Part shown: positions 48,495-63,000 of the stretch, in pieces | Layout: every line of letters begins with the position of its first letter | Numbering within the stretch: position 1 is the first letter of the stretch | Assembly (NCBI GenBank): GCA_965637545.1 | Contig: OZ281496.1 | Location: 24,986,001 to 25,050,000, forward strand | Direction: 5' to 3' | Source: Phallusia mammillata | Lineage: Eukaryota | DNA: 64,000 nt | The notes under the pieces: generated by a model | Databases searched by the model: none | What the model was told of the DNA's origin: nothing | What the model saw: only the letters and a program-made list of their open reading frames with translations | Translations under genes and position numbers: made by a program

Positions 48495-51400
48495 TTACCG
48501 CCCCTGAAAGTTTGGATTTGTCTTTGACGAAACCCTAAAAACAAAAAGTTGAATAATTTTTACGTTTGTGTTTTGTTAACGGACATTAGTTGATGATTTG
48601 TTTATCATCAAAAAAGGCCTTAAATCGGTGTTACGCAATTGTTTCAGGTCCCTAAGATGTTTTCCTATGCACAAGTATCTTTAGAAATGTAACGTATTTA
48701 TACAGTACGCTGTTACTTTAAAATATGTGTACGCCTGTTTGAAATTATTGTAACGGTGGTGGACAATTAAAAAACGGACACGTTGTGCGACTTTGTAAAC
48801 ATTGCCTCAAACCATCCCACATTAACCGAAACAAAACCTTTATCGCATTAAAGCTAAATCTGCATTATTTTCTTATAGCACACAAACATAAACTAAAATG
48901 TCTGTACTTACTTTCCCTTATGTATGAAAAGTGGCTTTCCGTAATCGACAGCAACTTTTTTCCACTTGGCTCTGCAAGCGACAAACGCATCGTCGTACCC
49001 GCAAACCTTCGTTTTCGTGTAGTCCCACAGAATCCAATCCAGTGGCTTATAATTCCAGTATATCTTCAGCATTGCATCAAACTCCCGTAAGGAAGCAGAG
49101 TGAAACGCTTTCCCTGCCCCGCCCACTGATGAAAATGAGTAGTAAAGCCAACCTTTCGGTGCTTGTGCTGACTGTACCGTCTGCAAACAAGCAAAGGTTT
49201 CGTTGAGCTTGATTATTTACAGCATTTAAATAGAGATTGGGATGCTTTAATGAAAGTGGTTAAAATATGAGTTGATTTTGAACAAGATCCAAGGTATGAG
49301 ATTGTTGCTCAGAAAACATTGCTGTTCCAGCGTTACTAATTAGGGTTTTGCTATTGTGTTCTGAACAAAACTATTTGTTTTAAACTCTGTTCTGGCTTTT
49401 ATGGTTAGGTTTTGATCGATTATTGTCTGGGCAAAACCATTTGTGAACCTAATGGAACTGCAAAATAATAGCTTTGTCCTTTTGCAGGAGTTCTTCCTTT
49501 ACAGGAGTTTTTCCTCTTACTTGTAATATTGTTGTCATGTAATCGTTACTAGCGATGACGTCATCTTCCATTAGTAAAAAGTACTCGGGTTTTATGTTGT
49601 GGTCGACGTAGGATACGAGATATTGGGCGTCCAAATTTTGCTTTGATCGCCATGACGACCGCGGATACGAATCTCCAAAGTTGACTTGAACTTTGTCTTG
49701 CCAGTTATGATATAGTTCAGTCGGTGGAGATATAACCTGGAAAAGGCGACGTTTCACTTTGTCAATTACACTAAAGATGTCGGTAGAGCTACTAACACAG
49801 GAACGTACAAGGCGCCCGGTTTGGGAATTTCCGGTAGGTGGAACAACGGAACATAGGCGTTTATGGTGACAACAGCAATTTGCCACATGCTGACTCAGCA
49901 ATTATTGTCGCCGTAAACGCCTATGCTTCGTTGCGCCACCCACAGGAAATTTCCAAACCGGGCGTCTTGTGATTTCCTGTGTTTGTAGTTTTACCAAAGA
50001 TGTCATTGTACAGTGAGGTTTTTCGCTTTAAAATGTTTATTTATTTCTAATGTTCAGTTTTCATAGGATCCCACATGTGTCGTACAGAGCTCCACACACA
50101 GGCTGAGAATTTGACAAAACCATTAAGAAACTTGAACCCATAAGGTATATAATAATTCCATACACTGTGTTTAGTGTACATGCTAAAACGACTTGCTACG
50201 TGAGTCATCTAATATATTTGTGCTTGCTAGCGGGTGTGTATATTGACGTTAAGGCAACTCGGTATGCAGTTCACCATTGCATCGTTTCAGCGCATTTTCG
50301 GCAGTTTGTTATGGGACAGTTCAAACTAGATTTCTCTTGTGGCACTGGTTTAAACTAAAGCAACAAAAATGAAACTAAATTGTTGAATGACACCGACAAA
50401 TTGAAGTGTCTTTTTCCAAACGATTGCGGTTTTAAGCATTCAGGTATTGCCACCACGCTTTCTATTAGATCTGCAAACGCGGACATTGGTAAATGTTACA
50501 AGCTGTTCACTAATGGTGAAACTGTCGGTTTGTAGCCTACATCTGCTCGTTTCAACAACTTCCTTTAGAGTAGCGTTTGCTACGTTAGCAAAACGCGAGC
50601 CATTCAAAAAAAATGGAAGTGAGTTATGTTGTAACATAGTCTTTCGGGATAAGTTCCCAGCTTCTTAGACCGCGGTCTGTTTCCTCAGTCTTTAACGCAT
50701 AGATGCATTCCGGTCTCCAATTACAACCGCACGCCTTTGACCGCGAAGGTCCCAAACAATGCAGCTTTTTCAACCGTGAAAAGCGGCCCCCGTAAAGGTA
50801 TCTCATTCATTGTCGAACTTAATAAAAACACGACGCTACCCCATTATAACGTCACAACACAGCACAATAGGTACACCTGCAATATATACTTTCAGTCAAC
50901 AAAATGTGCTGTGTAAAGATACTACGGCCAAGGGTATAATCATTTTTCACCTACATTCGGGGATTAAAAGTGAAATTTCCTGTTAAGTTCGTTGCACTGT
51001 GCAGTGTAATAATGATGACGCAGTGCTTCTGCATTAACACGTGTCAACAAATAATTAGTCATATGCCTACTGATTAAGGGACATTCATATGTTATATACT
51101 GTTAGTCACCTCACTGTACGTAATGACTATCAACAGTAACAGGGTTAGACTTACCTCTAACAGCTTTGTGTTAATTTCATGCGTAAACTCGTTACAAATG
51201 GTATCCGCCACTTTTCGGAAATCGTTCATGTCCTGCTCAGCAATGTACACCACAAACACACAGTTCTCTTTGTGAACGGCTTTCAATTGGCCGATCATAG
51301 ATCGTAGTGTTTGCAACAGATACGACTCGTTTTGGCGTCTGATAGTTGGTATGCCAACAGCCATTGCAGGTGCTTTTTTAGCGTCCCCATATTTCAGCAT

Positions 51401-51709
51401 TGGTTTTCGTCGTAAATCGAACATGGAAAAGTTTGTTTGGTCTTGGTTTGTCTTATTGGTGGTCGTTACGTTTTTGCAGCCCCACATGATTTCGTTCTTG
51501 TTGCGAATGGTCTCATTTGAAACTATTTCAGGAGTGGAATATATCCTCGTTGTTGGCGGTTTTAATCCGTTTTCGAGTTTATTAGCATCTACCTTTTTTA
51601 ACTCTAAGTTTGTTCTGGTGCCGAGGTCCAAACTCCAAATTTCCAGCAACTGTCCCATACAAATCAGAGAGACCAAAGCTAAGCCAGCAGTTAACCATTT
51701 TCGTTTCAT
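48495..51709 (-). CDS. GT54 family alpha-1,3-mannosyl-glycoprotein 4-beta-GlcNAc transferase-like (MGAT4-like), 4 exons, ~359 aa
   Basis: Exons 51155-51709, 49521-49736, 48912-49180, 48495-48534 total 1080 nt with compatible phases. N-terminal type II anchor; motifs VGIPTIRR..SYLLQTL, VVYIAE, ISPP..LY, FGDS..R..WRSKQNLD, YFLLMEDDV, KPLDWIL, LFIHKG..SS. Confidence 0.9.
49782..49995. mobile_element. Mutator-like foldback MITE, 214 bp, in intron 1 of the GT54 gene
   Basis: About 95-bp imperfect TIRs beginning GGTA and ending TACC, with 9-bp TSD aaagatgtc (49773-49781; 49996-50004). Confidence 0.85.
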
Positions 51710-54067
51710 CTTGCCTGCGATTATATTAAAACAAAACTTATTTTTGTATGTGCTAAATGCTTCTTTGTTGGGAAGACATTTTTGTGCTTAAATTGCCTTA
51801 TCTAGTTGTAACACTGCCTTATGTATACCTAAAAAAACACAGTTTACCGCTTTGCAGATTCTGACAAGGAACAGACAAACCAATATATTTCAAATGCAAA
51901 CGAAACGTAAATTTTTGAAACGTTATGTTTACACATTACGTGTCTGTTTCTCGCCAAAACATTTTAGCTAAATATGAATATGAAACCAGGTTCCAAACAA
52001 TAATTTAACCTTTAAACTGTTTATCCCTGCATGCTGTGCCGCGGCAAGCAATCTTTAACATTTTCGTTTTAAAATGCGGTCGAAGAAGCAGACTGCAGCG
52101 GCATAAACTTTCTTTGCTACCAAAACTGCCTTAAACATTTTTATATAAATCGCGTTTTGATTGCGAAAAATGTCCAGTCAAAATCACGTTAAATAAACTG
52201 TCTTTTATTGTTCTCAATACCAAATCTTCCTTAACTGTTAAGTACAGCTTTCTTATGGTAAAAACTCAATCGTAATCACTAATAAGATGAGACCTTTGTT
52301 CAAACATGCTGTCCTATAAACAACTACGTTTTCATGTTCTTATTATCTACCGTATAGTGCTGTCAACCATAAAAAGAAAATAATGCCCTGTACTGCAAAT
52401 GGTTATGTTTTCTCTTGTATAGACTACTGACTTAACAGGTATTGAAGTGTATGGCAGTAGATACCAGTCATTCGTTCAAAAATTGCATCGTTGCAAAACT
52501 AATCCCGACGTCTGACACGCAGACGCTAACCTATACCTTGTGCTAAAGAAAACATTTTTGTGCATCAGCCTACGCTTCAATTTCCGACCGTAAACTGTGG
52601 AGCCAATGCATTAAGTACGCACTTGCTTATAATTTACAAAAGCATCTCAACCTTGACATAGCCCCTACGCTTCAAATATTTATTTTTACTTACAGGCGTA
52701 CAAGCTGCAGCTATGTTTTATGTTGCCATTACGTGTAGCCCCGCTTACTGCTCTGTCAAATATGCAAGGGCCGGTGGAAATAATGATTATAGGCTTAAGT
52801 ACCGTGAATTCATAGAACTGTGCTTAATTCGCCTTTTGTGCATTCACTTCCTGCTGCCTGCACCTTTTTTTAATGACTTGCGCTCTTTCTTACGTTTGGT
52901 GAGCACGCGTCGAGAAATAAAACTCTTCGTTTCAAACAACGCATGGGAAACCCCATTTCACGCTACTCCCGTCAAGTTGGCTGCGCCCGAACAATTCTGC
53001 TGCCTGCACCTATACGTTTCTTCTGTTGACATGCGCTCTTTCTTACGGTTTATAAGCACGTGTCAAGTAAGCGAGCCTTTTTGTCAAAACTTCCTACGTG
53101 AGGTATAGGTTGTCGCATTTTTTTATTCACCACTGTGTTTTATTATTACACAGGCAGTTGAAGTTTCACGTCACTCAGGTTTACTTGTTACACAACGCTT
53201 GTATATGCGGAAACAAACGTGCTGTTAACCAACCGAGTGGAACATGTCACAAAGGTTATAGTTCAATTGGACTATACTATATGAATCGCTTGTGGTTTTA
53301 GTTCACGCCGTTGATTCAATGTACATTGTATTGTATTAATTTTGAAATCGGGCATGAAAATGGTACATAGCAGTACAGAAACACTACACTATAGTGCCAC
53401 AGAATCGGGAAACAGTTGCAAAACCGAATGCATATAATGAAACGTTGGTAGAAAAGATGTTAGGAGCAATACTGGAAGCGGATATTGCTATTCTGTGGCC
53501 AAAATCTTTGCACGAAGTAAAACTATGAAAACCACAATCAAATATTGGAAATTGACAAAGGCATGATCACCAACGCAAGTTCCTAAATGTTCCCACATAA
53601 ACTCTGCTGTAATCCACCCTCTGCCCTTAACTATTTGGTGTATGTTGGTTAAGGCGGTATGGTATACAATTTGCTGTCAAGAACACATGCATCAGATGCT
53701 GCAGTTTATTTCGACAAATTTGTGAGCTATAGGGCACGCGGGATCAACGCACACATTCTATATGGTACACGCGATCACGGCCAACAAATAATAATCAACA
53801 AGAATTAGAAATAAAAGAAAAATCATAGTCCGTTGAAGTTCCAGTACTGACGATGGGTTTAACATCGCTGGTGTGCTTTCACAACTTTGTGGGTTCGGTC
53901 GACCATTTGCTCAAATACTGCACGAGTGGATTTGCTCACACACACTCCTGTAGACATAGTAACACCGTTATGGCACAGGTTGTAAAATCAAATGCTTGCT
54001 GTTTGTTCGAAGCTTGGATACAAAGGCAATGCAAATCATTATAGGTAGTTTGACCGATACGGCTCAA

Positions 54068-57000
54068 TCAATTTTGTTCGTACTTAATCAACTTGGTCAA
54101 ATCAACGGTATTTTTGCATTGAACATATTTTGAAAGCTCAAAGTCATTTTCCACATAAGATTGATGTGAATGGCACCGCACAAAGGCATTCTTTGAAAGT
54201 AAAATGACATGTTAAACCACCTAGAGAGCCGGTAATCATTCTAATTGTGGTAATTTTGTTTCGCCTCAGCGAAAGGCGCGTTCATTGTGTCGTTACTGTA
54301 GTGTGTTAGAACCAATAATTTTGCCCTTTGATTTGCAGGATTATTTCGCATTGTTACGTCTTTGCTCCTCAAAATAAGGGCCCCAGTGTAACTTTTAAAT
54401 CAGGTGCCTCAAACATTTTGAAAATTTCCAGTTTTGTTGTAGTGGGTTCAAGTAAGTTAGTATCATGAGTTTGTGAAGAGAGTGGTTTTTACTTATACAG
54501 CGGCTCTAAACAATCAATCGTATTTGTGCCTATACGAAGGTTTTGTGGTACGATTTTCTTATGTGGGATGGTTTTGGAAACAGTGCAATAAATTGGAATC
54601 ACATTTCTATGTCGCTTTACTACAACGTTCACTTGCAGTAGACACTGGTAAATCAACATGACGATTGTCACTTTTTGCACATTTGCATTAATCAACTTAC
54701 CACCAGTGTTAAGGACGACGTCCACATGCATGCTCTTACACTCCCCGTGTGTCAATCCAGAATACATAAACACTGATGTAAGGTCGCCTGATAGACTTTG
54801 CACCAAATCGCTCATGTCAGACATCCCGCAGTTCTGTGAAGAAAATTTACATAAATCCCTGCCGTGTACTATTGACAAGTGAATACGGGTTTTTATTACG
54901 TTGCCCATGTACAGTGTAAAATTTACAAAAAAGTTTTTGGCCCTCAAAGCAGTTTGAGTTTGAGACCCCTGGTGTAAATGATATTCTGTAAATTTAAAGA
55001 GTGGTTAAACGAGACTTTGTTAGCTTGTTTTCCCTCAAGACCAGTGAATTCGTTCCGGGTTAGAATATTCGGCATTGGTAACTTTGCTACTTTTATTAAC
55101 TTCAACCTGCATATCGCATGGCGTCTTATTTCAGATTGTTGGGAAACCGATGAAAGTTTGTTGTTCACAATACAATGCTGTTACCCCACGCAACACTACC
55201 CATTATAACTTCTTACCTCGCTGAGTTTCTCTGGGGCAACCACGACCAGTGATTTTGCGATTACCATCGCGCCAGTAGACTTGTAATGATCGGCAACGTA
55301 TTGCAGAGCCCGTTCTGTTGATTGGTGGCTGTATCGTGGCCCATTTAGAGACAGATCACGGAAGATCTGACGTATCTCGCTGTCGCTAAGAGTGTTAAGT
55401 TCAATGGGCGAGGGATCGTATTTGTCTGAGACACCGCCATAAGTCACAAGAACCATGGAGTCGTAAGCCTGAAAATACATAATTACTGTTAACACCCTTA
55501 TACTTACTGTTAATATCCTTATACATGGATATTGACGCATACTTTATTAATAAAGTTGCAGACATCAAACTACATTAGAAAAATCCTATAGTTAAGGATT
55601 ATGCGTTTGAAACCGTGGTTGCGTTCGTTGAGACGTACTTGAGTTTAATTCTTTTTTTCCTTTGTTTGTCGTGCACTGTACTACTACGCGCATTCGGTGT
55701 TATTTACCCTGATGAAGGCGACCCGTGTATGGCGTCGAAAATTACCAAAGGGCTCCATTAATTTGATATTATGCCTGGCAGCAACAGCTTATATACTGTG
55801 GTTGTGATATTTGTGGAAGTTTTAAATGGTCGATCACAATTTTCAGACAATTGGTTGTTTTTTTAGTTAACACAAAGCTCAAACACATGGTTTGAACGTT
55901 TGTATTATTTTATCTCATAAAAATACATCATAAGTGTTTTACTGCAAAAATCACCCGTACACAAGACAAAAATAGAACTTTTTTTCTCACCATATCAGAT
56001 TTCTTTGCTCTGATCGCGATTTTACGGGCAATTCGAGCCGCCGACATTCGGTTGGAGTCACGACTCAAAGACAGCAAAATGAAGAGAGATTTGTCAACAT
56101 TTCTAGGGCCTGAAAAAGTATATGCTGTTGGTAAATACATTTCAAATCTACTTTAGTCATAGACTCGTGGTTGACTTAACATTTTTCCTTTTGTGGATGT
56201 TTTTTTTTAAACAATAAGCTTGGGTACCTGGGTGGCCGTGTTGTTTTAGTCTTTTAATACAGTATTAATTATATTTTGTTTTTGCTCTGCATATATTGGG
56301 CAAAACTCTTGGACTTTTGTAAGGTTTAAAAGGTAATTTGACTTTCTGGTTGGATGACTCGTAATAACAAGATACTTGTCCTTTCGGTTTTTAGCATCAG
56401 TTACCTACAAATGTTATCAGAACAAAAGCATAGTGCTTGTATTTCGCGTCCAAGGTAAATGTTACACGACCAACTTACAGCAGTCGACGAATTTGCTTCC
56501 CATCAAAGTTTGTTTGACGAGAGCTTGTCGATACCAGCATGCATCAACGGCGTACTCTCCTGCGCTACCTAGCGAGCATGCTCTCTTGAAAGAGTGATAA
56601 AAAATCGGGTACATGCTCTTTGCTGAATCAGGAAGTCGCTGGCTGCAATCCATCGCACTTTTTGACTGAATATCCCAGTGTGATGAAATGTGCTAAAACA
56701 TGTAATACGATTTTGGTTAATTTGTACAAAGCTTGTTAGTTTCTAAAAAAAACTTTAGATGTTGAATGCGATAAATCTCAACCTACTCCAGTGTCTGGCT
56801 CCTAAATTTGCACTTACTTTATTTTATTTTTACACATTTGATACTTACGTTCATTGCAACCGGGCAGCTCTCTTGCAAGCGATAAGAGCTGAGCAATTCA
56901 GTCGTTGTCTGAGCTTCGTCTCCATTTGGTAAGAAACGTGTTGGCACAGTGATCTCAGCGTATGCTCCCAATGCACCCACCACGAATGGTATGTCGTTAT

Positions 57001-60000
57001 AAAACTATCAACAAAAGCTCTTCTAAGAAACAGCTGGACACGGTGCACAGGTTTTAAGAAAGGTGTAAATTAAAATTTTATCGATATGCGTTTCTTTCAC
57101 ATGCAAGTGGTTAAAAGAATTTTGTCAGGAAAGCTCCAAACTTGATAAACATTCTGGTAACATATTTTTCAGCCTACGAGTCTTGTAGTGTACTGTGTTA
57201 CACAATAGCTTCTGACTCCTCATACTTATACAAAGCCCTATGTCAGCCTATGAATATATTTTATGGTAAAACTTACCGAGATAGTTCTCATTACTCGGCT
57301 GTTTGTGCCAAACTTAACCCTCAGGCTCATGTAGGGGCATTCGCAGTAGGCCACGTCACCGTTGTAACGGCAGATGACGTCATCACTGATGTAGGGGAGT
57401 TTGACCAGTTCCCGAGCGTTCGTTGTAACGTAAGCGGTGCGTGCAGATGCTAGTTCAATCAGCTTTCCGGGAAGCGCTAAAACAACAGCAATCAATCCTA
57501 AAAAATGTACCTAATACATACATAAATTTTCAACAATTTTTAGCTTTTTCAGTAGTCTTAATATGTCGAGGTTTCGATGTCCCATACGAGACACCTTCAG
57601 CAAGGTAATGACATAAATTGAAAACACAAAGTTATTAAACAACAATAACTTCGTGTTTTCAATTAACTTTGTGTTTTCAATTTATGTTATTACCCTGATA
57701 AAGGTGTCACGTATGGGACATCGAAACGTCGGCATATTGCAATAAAGACTACAATAAAAAAAGACTGCTGAAAGGGCTAAAAAATTGTTGATATATTATG
57801 CCTGGCAGCAACAGTTTATTCACACATAAATTTTCTTTTGCAGTGCTAAAATGCAATAAGCCATGTGCAAGTTAACCAACTTACCAAGGATTAGGCCAGT
57901 GCCTTTGGAAATGACGCTAAAGCGGTTTCGGATAGGATCCGTGGCGTAGACGTAACTGCACGTGCTTGTGGACTCGGGAACTGGAAGTTCAAGGTACTCG
58001 CCTTTGTTAGTTATAACCTGGTTTATTGTCGGCGTCAGAATGTTGTAATAAGTTGCTTCTGAAAATGTACACGGCGTGTCAAAATTGCGAACTGCTGTTA
58101 ATATATACCGTCACTTAGATTAGTTAGCTCTAAATATCTTGCAAATTTACCGAGATAAAACTGAATATTCAATTTCAGAGCGTAATGGGGTGTAACGTTC
58201 TGTTTACTCAATAATGAATTAGACAGAAAAAAAACTTCGTCTATGTTAAACACCCACCGTTGTAGTCAAGTAGGATTGCCCAAATATATTCAATGAGGCT
58301 CGAAGTTTCGTACCAATTGGGTTTAACTGACCATGATTGGTGGAACACTCTCTTTGCGGAGACATAGTGATAATAATGGATGTTCTACGGTCAGGACGAA
58401 AAAATTGTTAAAAGCGAGAAAATCTCTTAGTCAATCTAAATTATATCTATGCCAGCAATTGGTTAGCAAAACGTTAAATGCTAAGAATAAAAAATGTATG
58501 CGATTGCAATGTTAGGTACTATTCCGATACCTGAATTTGTCGCTGCAGAGAAAGTCCCATAACTATTAGGCAGTGGATAATATTTACGAATATTACATTT
58601 TTTGGAAAAATATTACAAACCTCTTCCGTTAAATTTCTTTGCAAAAGCAGATAGTTTACTTTAAACGTCTTATTTTAATATTTTTAATTACTAGCTTAAC
58701 GAATCTTTGGGCAACTTTACCGTTTTCAAAGTTTTATTCGCAAATGTTGAGTAACAATTTACCTCTGTCGCTTCACGGAAAAATTGGACATAGTCTGTAA
58801 GCTCGTAGTCCAATTTCATGTAGGATGGCGTCATGACTTGATACAATCTTCTTGACAGTATTTCGACCTGCGAAGCAAGGAATTTGTTGATGTTAGTTGC
58901 ATTAATTTCTATTGTAAATGCCCTTTCAAAAAGTAACTTAATAACAAAACTTTATATTGTTAAAAGAGGTTTAGTGGAAACGATTTGCACGGCTTCTAAA
59001 CATATGGTACAACTACTTTTAACATTACGACAATATAACACAGAAAAAATTATTACAAAGTTTTACGTAAACACGGTCTGTGTTTGTTGTTATGTGAAGT
59101 AGTTGCACATGGATGTGCGTCTTCATAGTGTCTATGCGCTTTCGCAACGAGAATGCAAATATTTTGGCACATTTTTATGCTATATCGTAGCAGTTGATAA
59201 TAATCTGTGTGGTTCGACAGCTTGGGTCAAGACGATTTGTGCTTTATCTTATTTATGTGCGAATGGGAGACTTTTTCACTGATATAGTATGCCTGTGTGA
59301 TTACGTGACCTTCTTACTGATTCTTTTTTTCGGGTATTTTGTAAAGCTGGACTTGGGTTTACCTTTGAACCGTAGTGGTAGATTTGTTCTGCTCTATCGA
59401 TGAGCTCTTGGGTGATGTACTCCCCAAAGTAGCTCAGTACGTCTCTTATGTAGTCCTCAAATGATTGGCTGTTGGTAAACCAGTTGGGCGCATCGCTAGA
59501 TAGCAGAAAACCTTCCAGTATCATCTTTACAAGCTCTGAAATGAAAATTACAGTTAATTAAACTTGTTAAACCATGCCTATCTATGTTTATATGTCAGTT
59601 TGCCATATTAGTTAAATGTATACTACACAATTATGTCTCAGCTCATTAGTGTGTATTTTAGGCACTTGAATTCAGAATAACTTGTATTAGTTGTACTAAC
59701 TTGTAACTGATTTTTTTTTAATTCAAGTAAATTTATTAGGTGCTGGGATGTCGAACCGCCAGTGAGGGTCACATGCGTTGCACTGCACCGAATTTTCAGT
59801 CAACTCAGCCCACCTCAATTTCCTTGTGTTATTAGGCGCTAGTCTGTAGGTTTACTTAGCATATTTGACCTGTTACCTTGATTGTAGTATTTTGCCACGT
59901 AGTCAACGCTGTATTTCTTGATGTAATGAGCACTCCTTTCGTTCATGTAGTTGATCATTTTGAGGCTCTTCTTGCTAATATAATCACATAGAACATCGCG

Positions 60001-63000
60001 GGCCTCCAAGTTGGTAAAATTAATCATCTGAAACGAAGCAGGTTGATTAGGTTTGCAGTTTAAAACATGTATGGTAAAGACTTTAAAAATCGAAGATGCT
60101 TGTAAGTGCACAAATTGCAGTTATAAACAGTCTTTCACGATGAGGACAACATGGCTTTTTAAAACGCTTACACTTCATAAGTAAGAATGGCCTTTTTCAT
60201 TTTTATTTTATTGTTTCTCTATCTGTAAAACGCGCTTAAATGTAAAGTGCGTTTGTTTTTTAAAAACGTTTGTATCAATTTTTGAGTTGACTGTCAAACA
60301 ACAGGATTTTACCTTTGCGATCTCGCGTTTGAATTCGATTGGTCGGTGTGCCGCCTTGTACAACATAGGTGTGGCGAGCATGGAAAGCTTTATCCAGTTC
60401 TTTGCGTCGTAAAGTTCTTCTTTGGTCCACTCAGCATTACACACTGGGCCCTGGTATATTTCCGACTAAATGCAATGAAGAAAATATTACTTAAAATTTT
60501 GGCTTCTTTTTTTTGTCGAGGCATTTCGAATGTTATCATAACTAAACATCAAGCGCTGTTTTTTGATACGACGCTATTACGGAAGTAGTTTAAGATGTAT
60601 ATGATGAAAAAATTATAATCGACGTGAGGTATAAGGCGTCAAGGTCCTGACGTGTTTAGCCAAGCAAATCGTGTTTTACACAAACCTCCACGTTACAAGT
60701 AAATCTGACAGTAGTTTCAAAGCTGAGTGCACAAGTGTATGGTTGAGCGTTCACATCATTAAATCGGAATCTTAGTTCGCGAATCCAGTTGCTGTCGGAT
60801 GAATGTACGGCGGTGATATTAACACTTTCAGTACTGTCGACCAACGAAAACGAGGCATCAATGAATTCCATAGTCCTGCAAAACGAAGTCCAACTTTTAT
60901 CAAAAAGTATCCTTATTTGAAATGTTTATCGCAGTAAACAATATATTTTTATTGTTGCTAACTTGGTTATTTTTACAAATCTTTCCCGGGATTCTCATTG
61001 AACTTTATTTTGGTAAAATACCGAAAAATCTCTTTCTCGTTCAAAGATTTATAAACTTTACATCAATTTTTCCAGTTGTTGTAGAATGCAGATGATTGAA
61101 ACCACATAAAGTTAGATTGTGTTTGATTGCGCTAATAACTATCTAAAGTACCTTAGGTTCCACTTGCTACCGACCAAAGAGAATATGTTGCGATTGCGCG
61201 TGCATAGAACAGGATTGTTGGCCTCGTCGATAACAGAAATCTCCAATGCCTGATTGAGTTCAGGAATTCTGAAGACAAAAAAGACTACATCAGGAACTCT
61301 AAACAGTACAGTTCGAATACATTGTTCACAAACAGCTTTTTCCCGTTTGTTGGTAGCAACTGCTTAATGCAAAGGAAAAAAAACGACAAACTGTTGACAT
61401 AGCAGGCTTTTTTTGGTTTAGTATGACAAGGCCTAAGTCTTACATCAACATAACAAGCCCTACATTTTCGAGGTTAGACCGATGTTCCAGCCAAACAAAA
61501 GGTTGTTGCTTGGGGTCATCATATGGACTTCAACAGCACCGAATGGAATGTACAGTCGACCGTCCAGAATAGATTTGCCATCTGCACAAATCAAAGCAAT
61601 GTTCTTTATTCATTTTTCTATGCGAACATTTACAGACAGATCTACCTGTGTAGTAAGTGTACAACACATCATAGATATACTTTTTCAGGCTTGTAAGGTA
61701 GCTGTCCAGGTCGTGAGATGCTTTCACGGAAAGGCCAAGTTCCTGCAAAAAAATGGATGCTAATTGTGTTTATTTGAACATTGGTTGGCTGTTTGCGGTA
61801 ATACCGAACTTATGCAAGGGACCGATTCAATTTAAAACAATGCATTTTAAAATAGAGATTACCTGCGACGTTCATTTTGTGGTAAAGTATCAGTCAAATG
61901 TTCTGGATTTTAGTGTTTTCCAGCTCAGTTAAGAACAATGCTATACTCGTTCGATAGTGTTGTGGTTTAAAGCAAGTATATGAAAACTGTGTAGCTGTGA
62001 TGAAAGATGATGGTTCTGCTCTGTCACTTTACCTGCTTAATCAGTGTGGTAATGTTCATTAGTTTAGAGTAGGTCGCCCACTGGTTGATCTTGTTGTAAA
62101 ACGAATCCATGAAAAGGATGGGAATGTTGAAGCGAGCAATCTCTGGTCCCACAGTTTCACCCTAAAACAAAGGCAATATTTTGTCTACAATCGATAGCAC
62201 AAAATAATATACCAGTTGTAGAGCATTTTTAGTTGTTTTTCAAATGTCCTACATCAACTCTATGTGTAATTTTACCTCCATCTCGTTGCAAATGCATGGC
62301 ATTGTCATAGCAGTTGGTGTCGTCCTTTCTGCTTGGCAGCGAACGGTTCGGCCATTTGGCATACCTACGTTGGCGGTCATGCCCATCAAGGCGTTATTGT
62401 CGTTCATTTCCATCGTCATGGTGATGTCGTATCCTCCCATCGACCAATGGAAGTGCAACGGGCGCATAGGAAGACTGTCAACCAATACAGAAGTAATGCG
62501 TGGTTCAACAGGTTATGCTAAAAACTCTCAGATGGAAGTTCACAATAAATTGCCCTTTTGAACAAATAGAAAGTCATTTATCTGCTGGACTCACCGTGCT
62601 GTAAAGGTCAGTGTCGATGTCATGATTGGACTTGTGCATGACAAGGTGGCAATTGATCGGTTTCGTGCGTCTCTTGTCAATCTGAGTTCAAATGTGGCCA
62701 GGGGACGATCGCATCTATACAAACCAATTGATGTATTAATGCGATGAAATTTCGATTAGTCAAAGCATAAGACAGGCCTTTTTTGCCAAAATCCCTACAA
62801 CTTTTTGTTTCAAAGTATTTTAAAGTGTTGACATAATAGATTACATTGACAAGGCACTACTCCTTTTAAATAAAACTTTAACGGGGACGGTTCCGTTGGT
62901 ACGACTAAGATTAGTTTGACCTGAACTCTTTTAGGTGATGTAAGTGCGTTTCAAATTTCAGCTTAATACCACTGTTATAAATCTCTCTAAATTTTCTGTA

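Noticed and set aside
48269-48544. 91-aa ORF as the GT54 C-terminus
   Set aside because: The previous exon ends in phase 2, which selects the frame KVSSKTNPNFQGR-stop. That frame matches the family HxG..SS motif.
52850-53070. Imperfect ~65-bp direct repeat (ctgctgcctgcacct...gcgctctttcttacg)
   Set aside because: Only two degenerate copies with no further structure, so no function can be supported.
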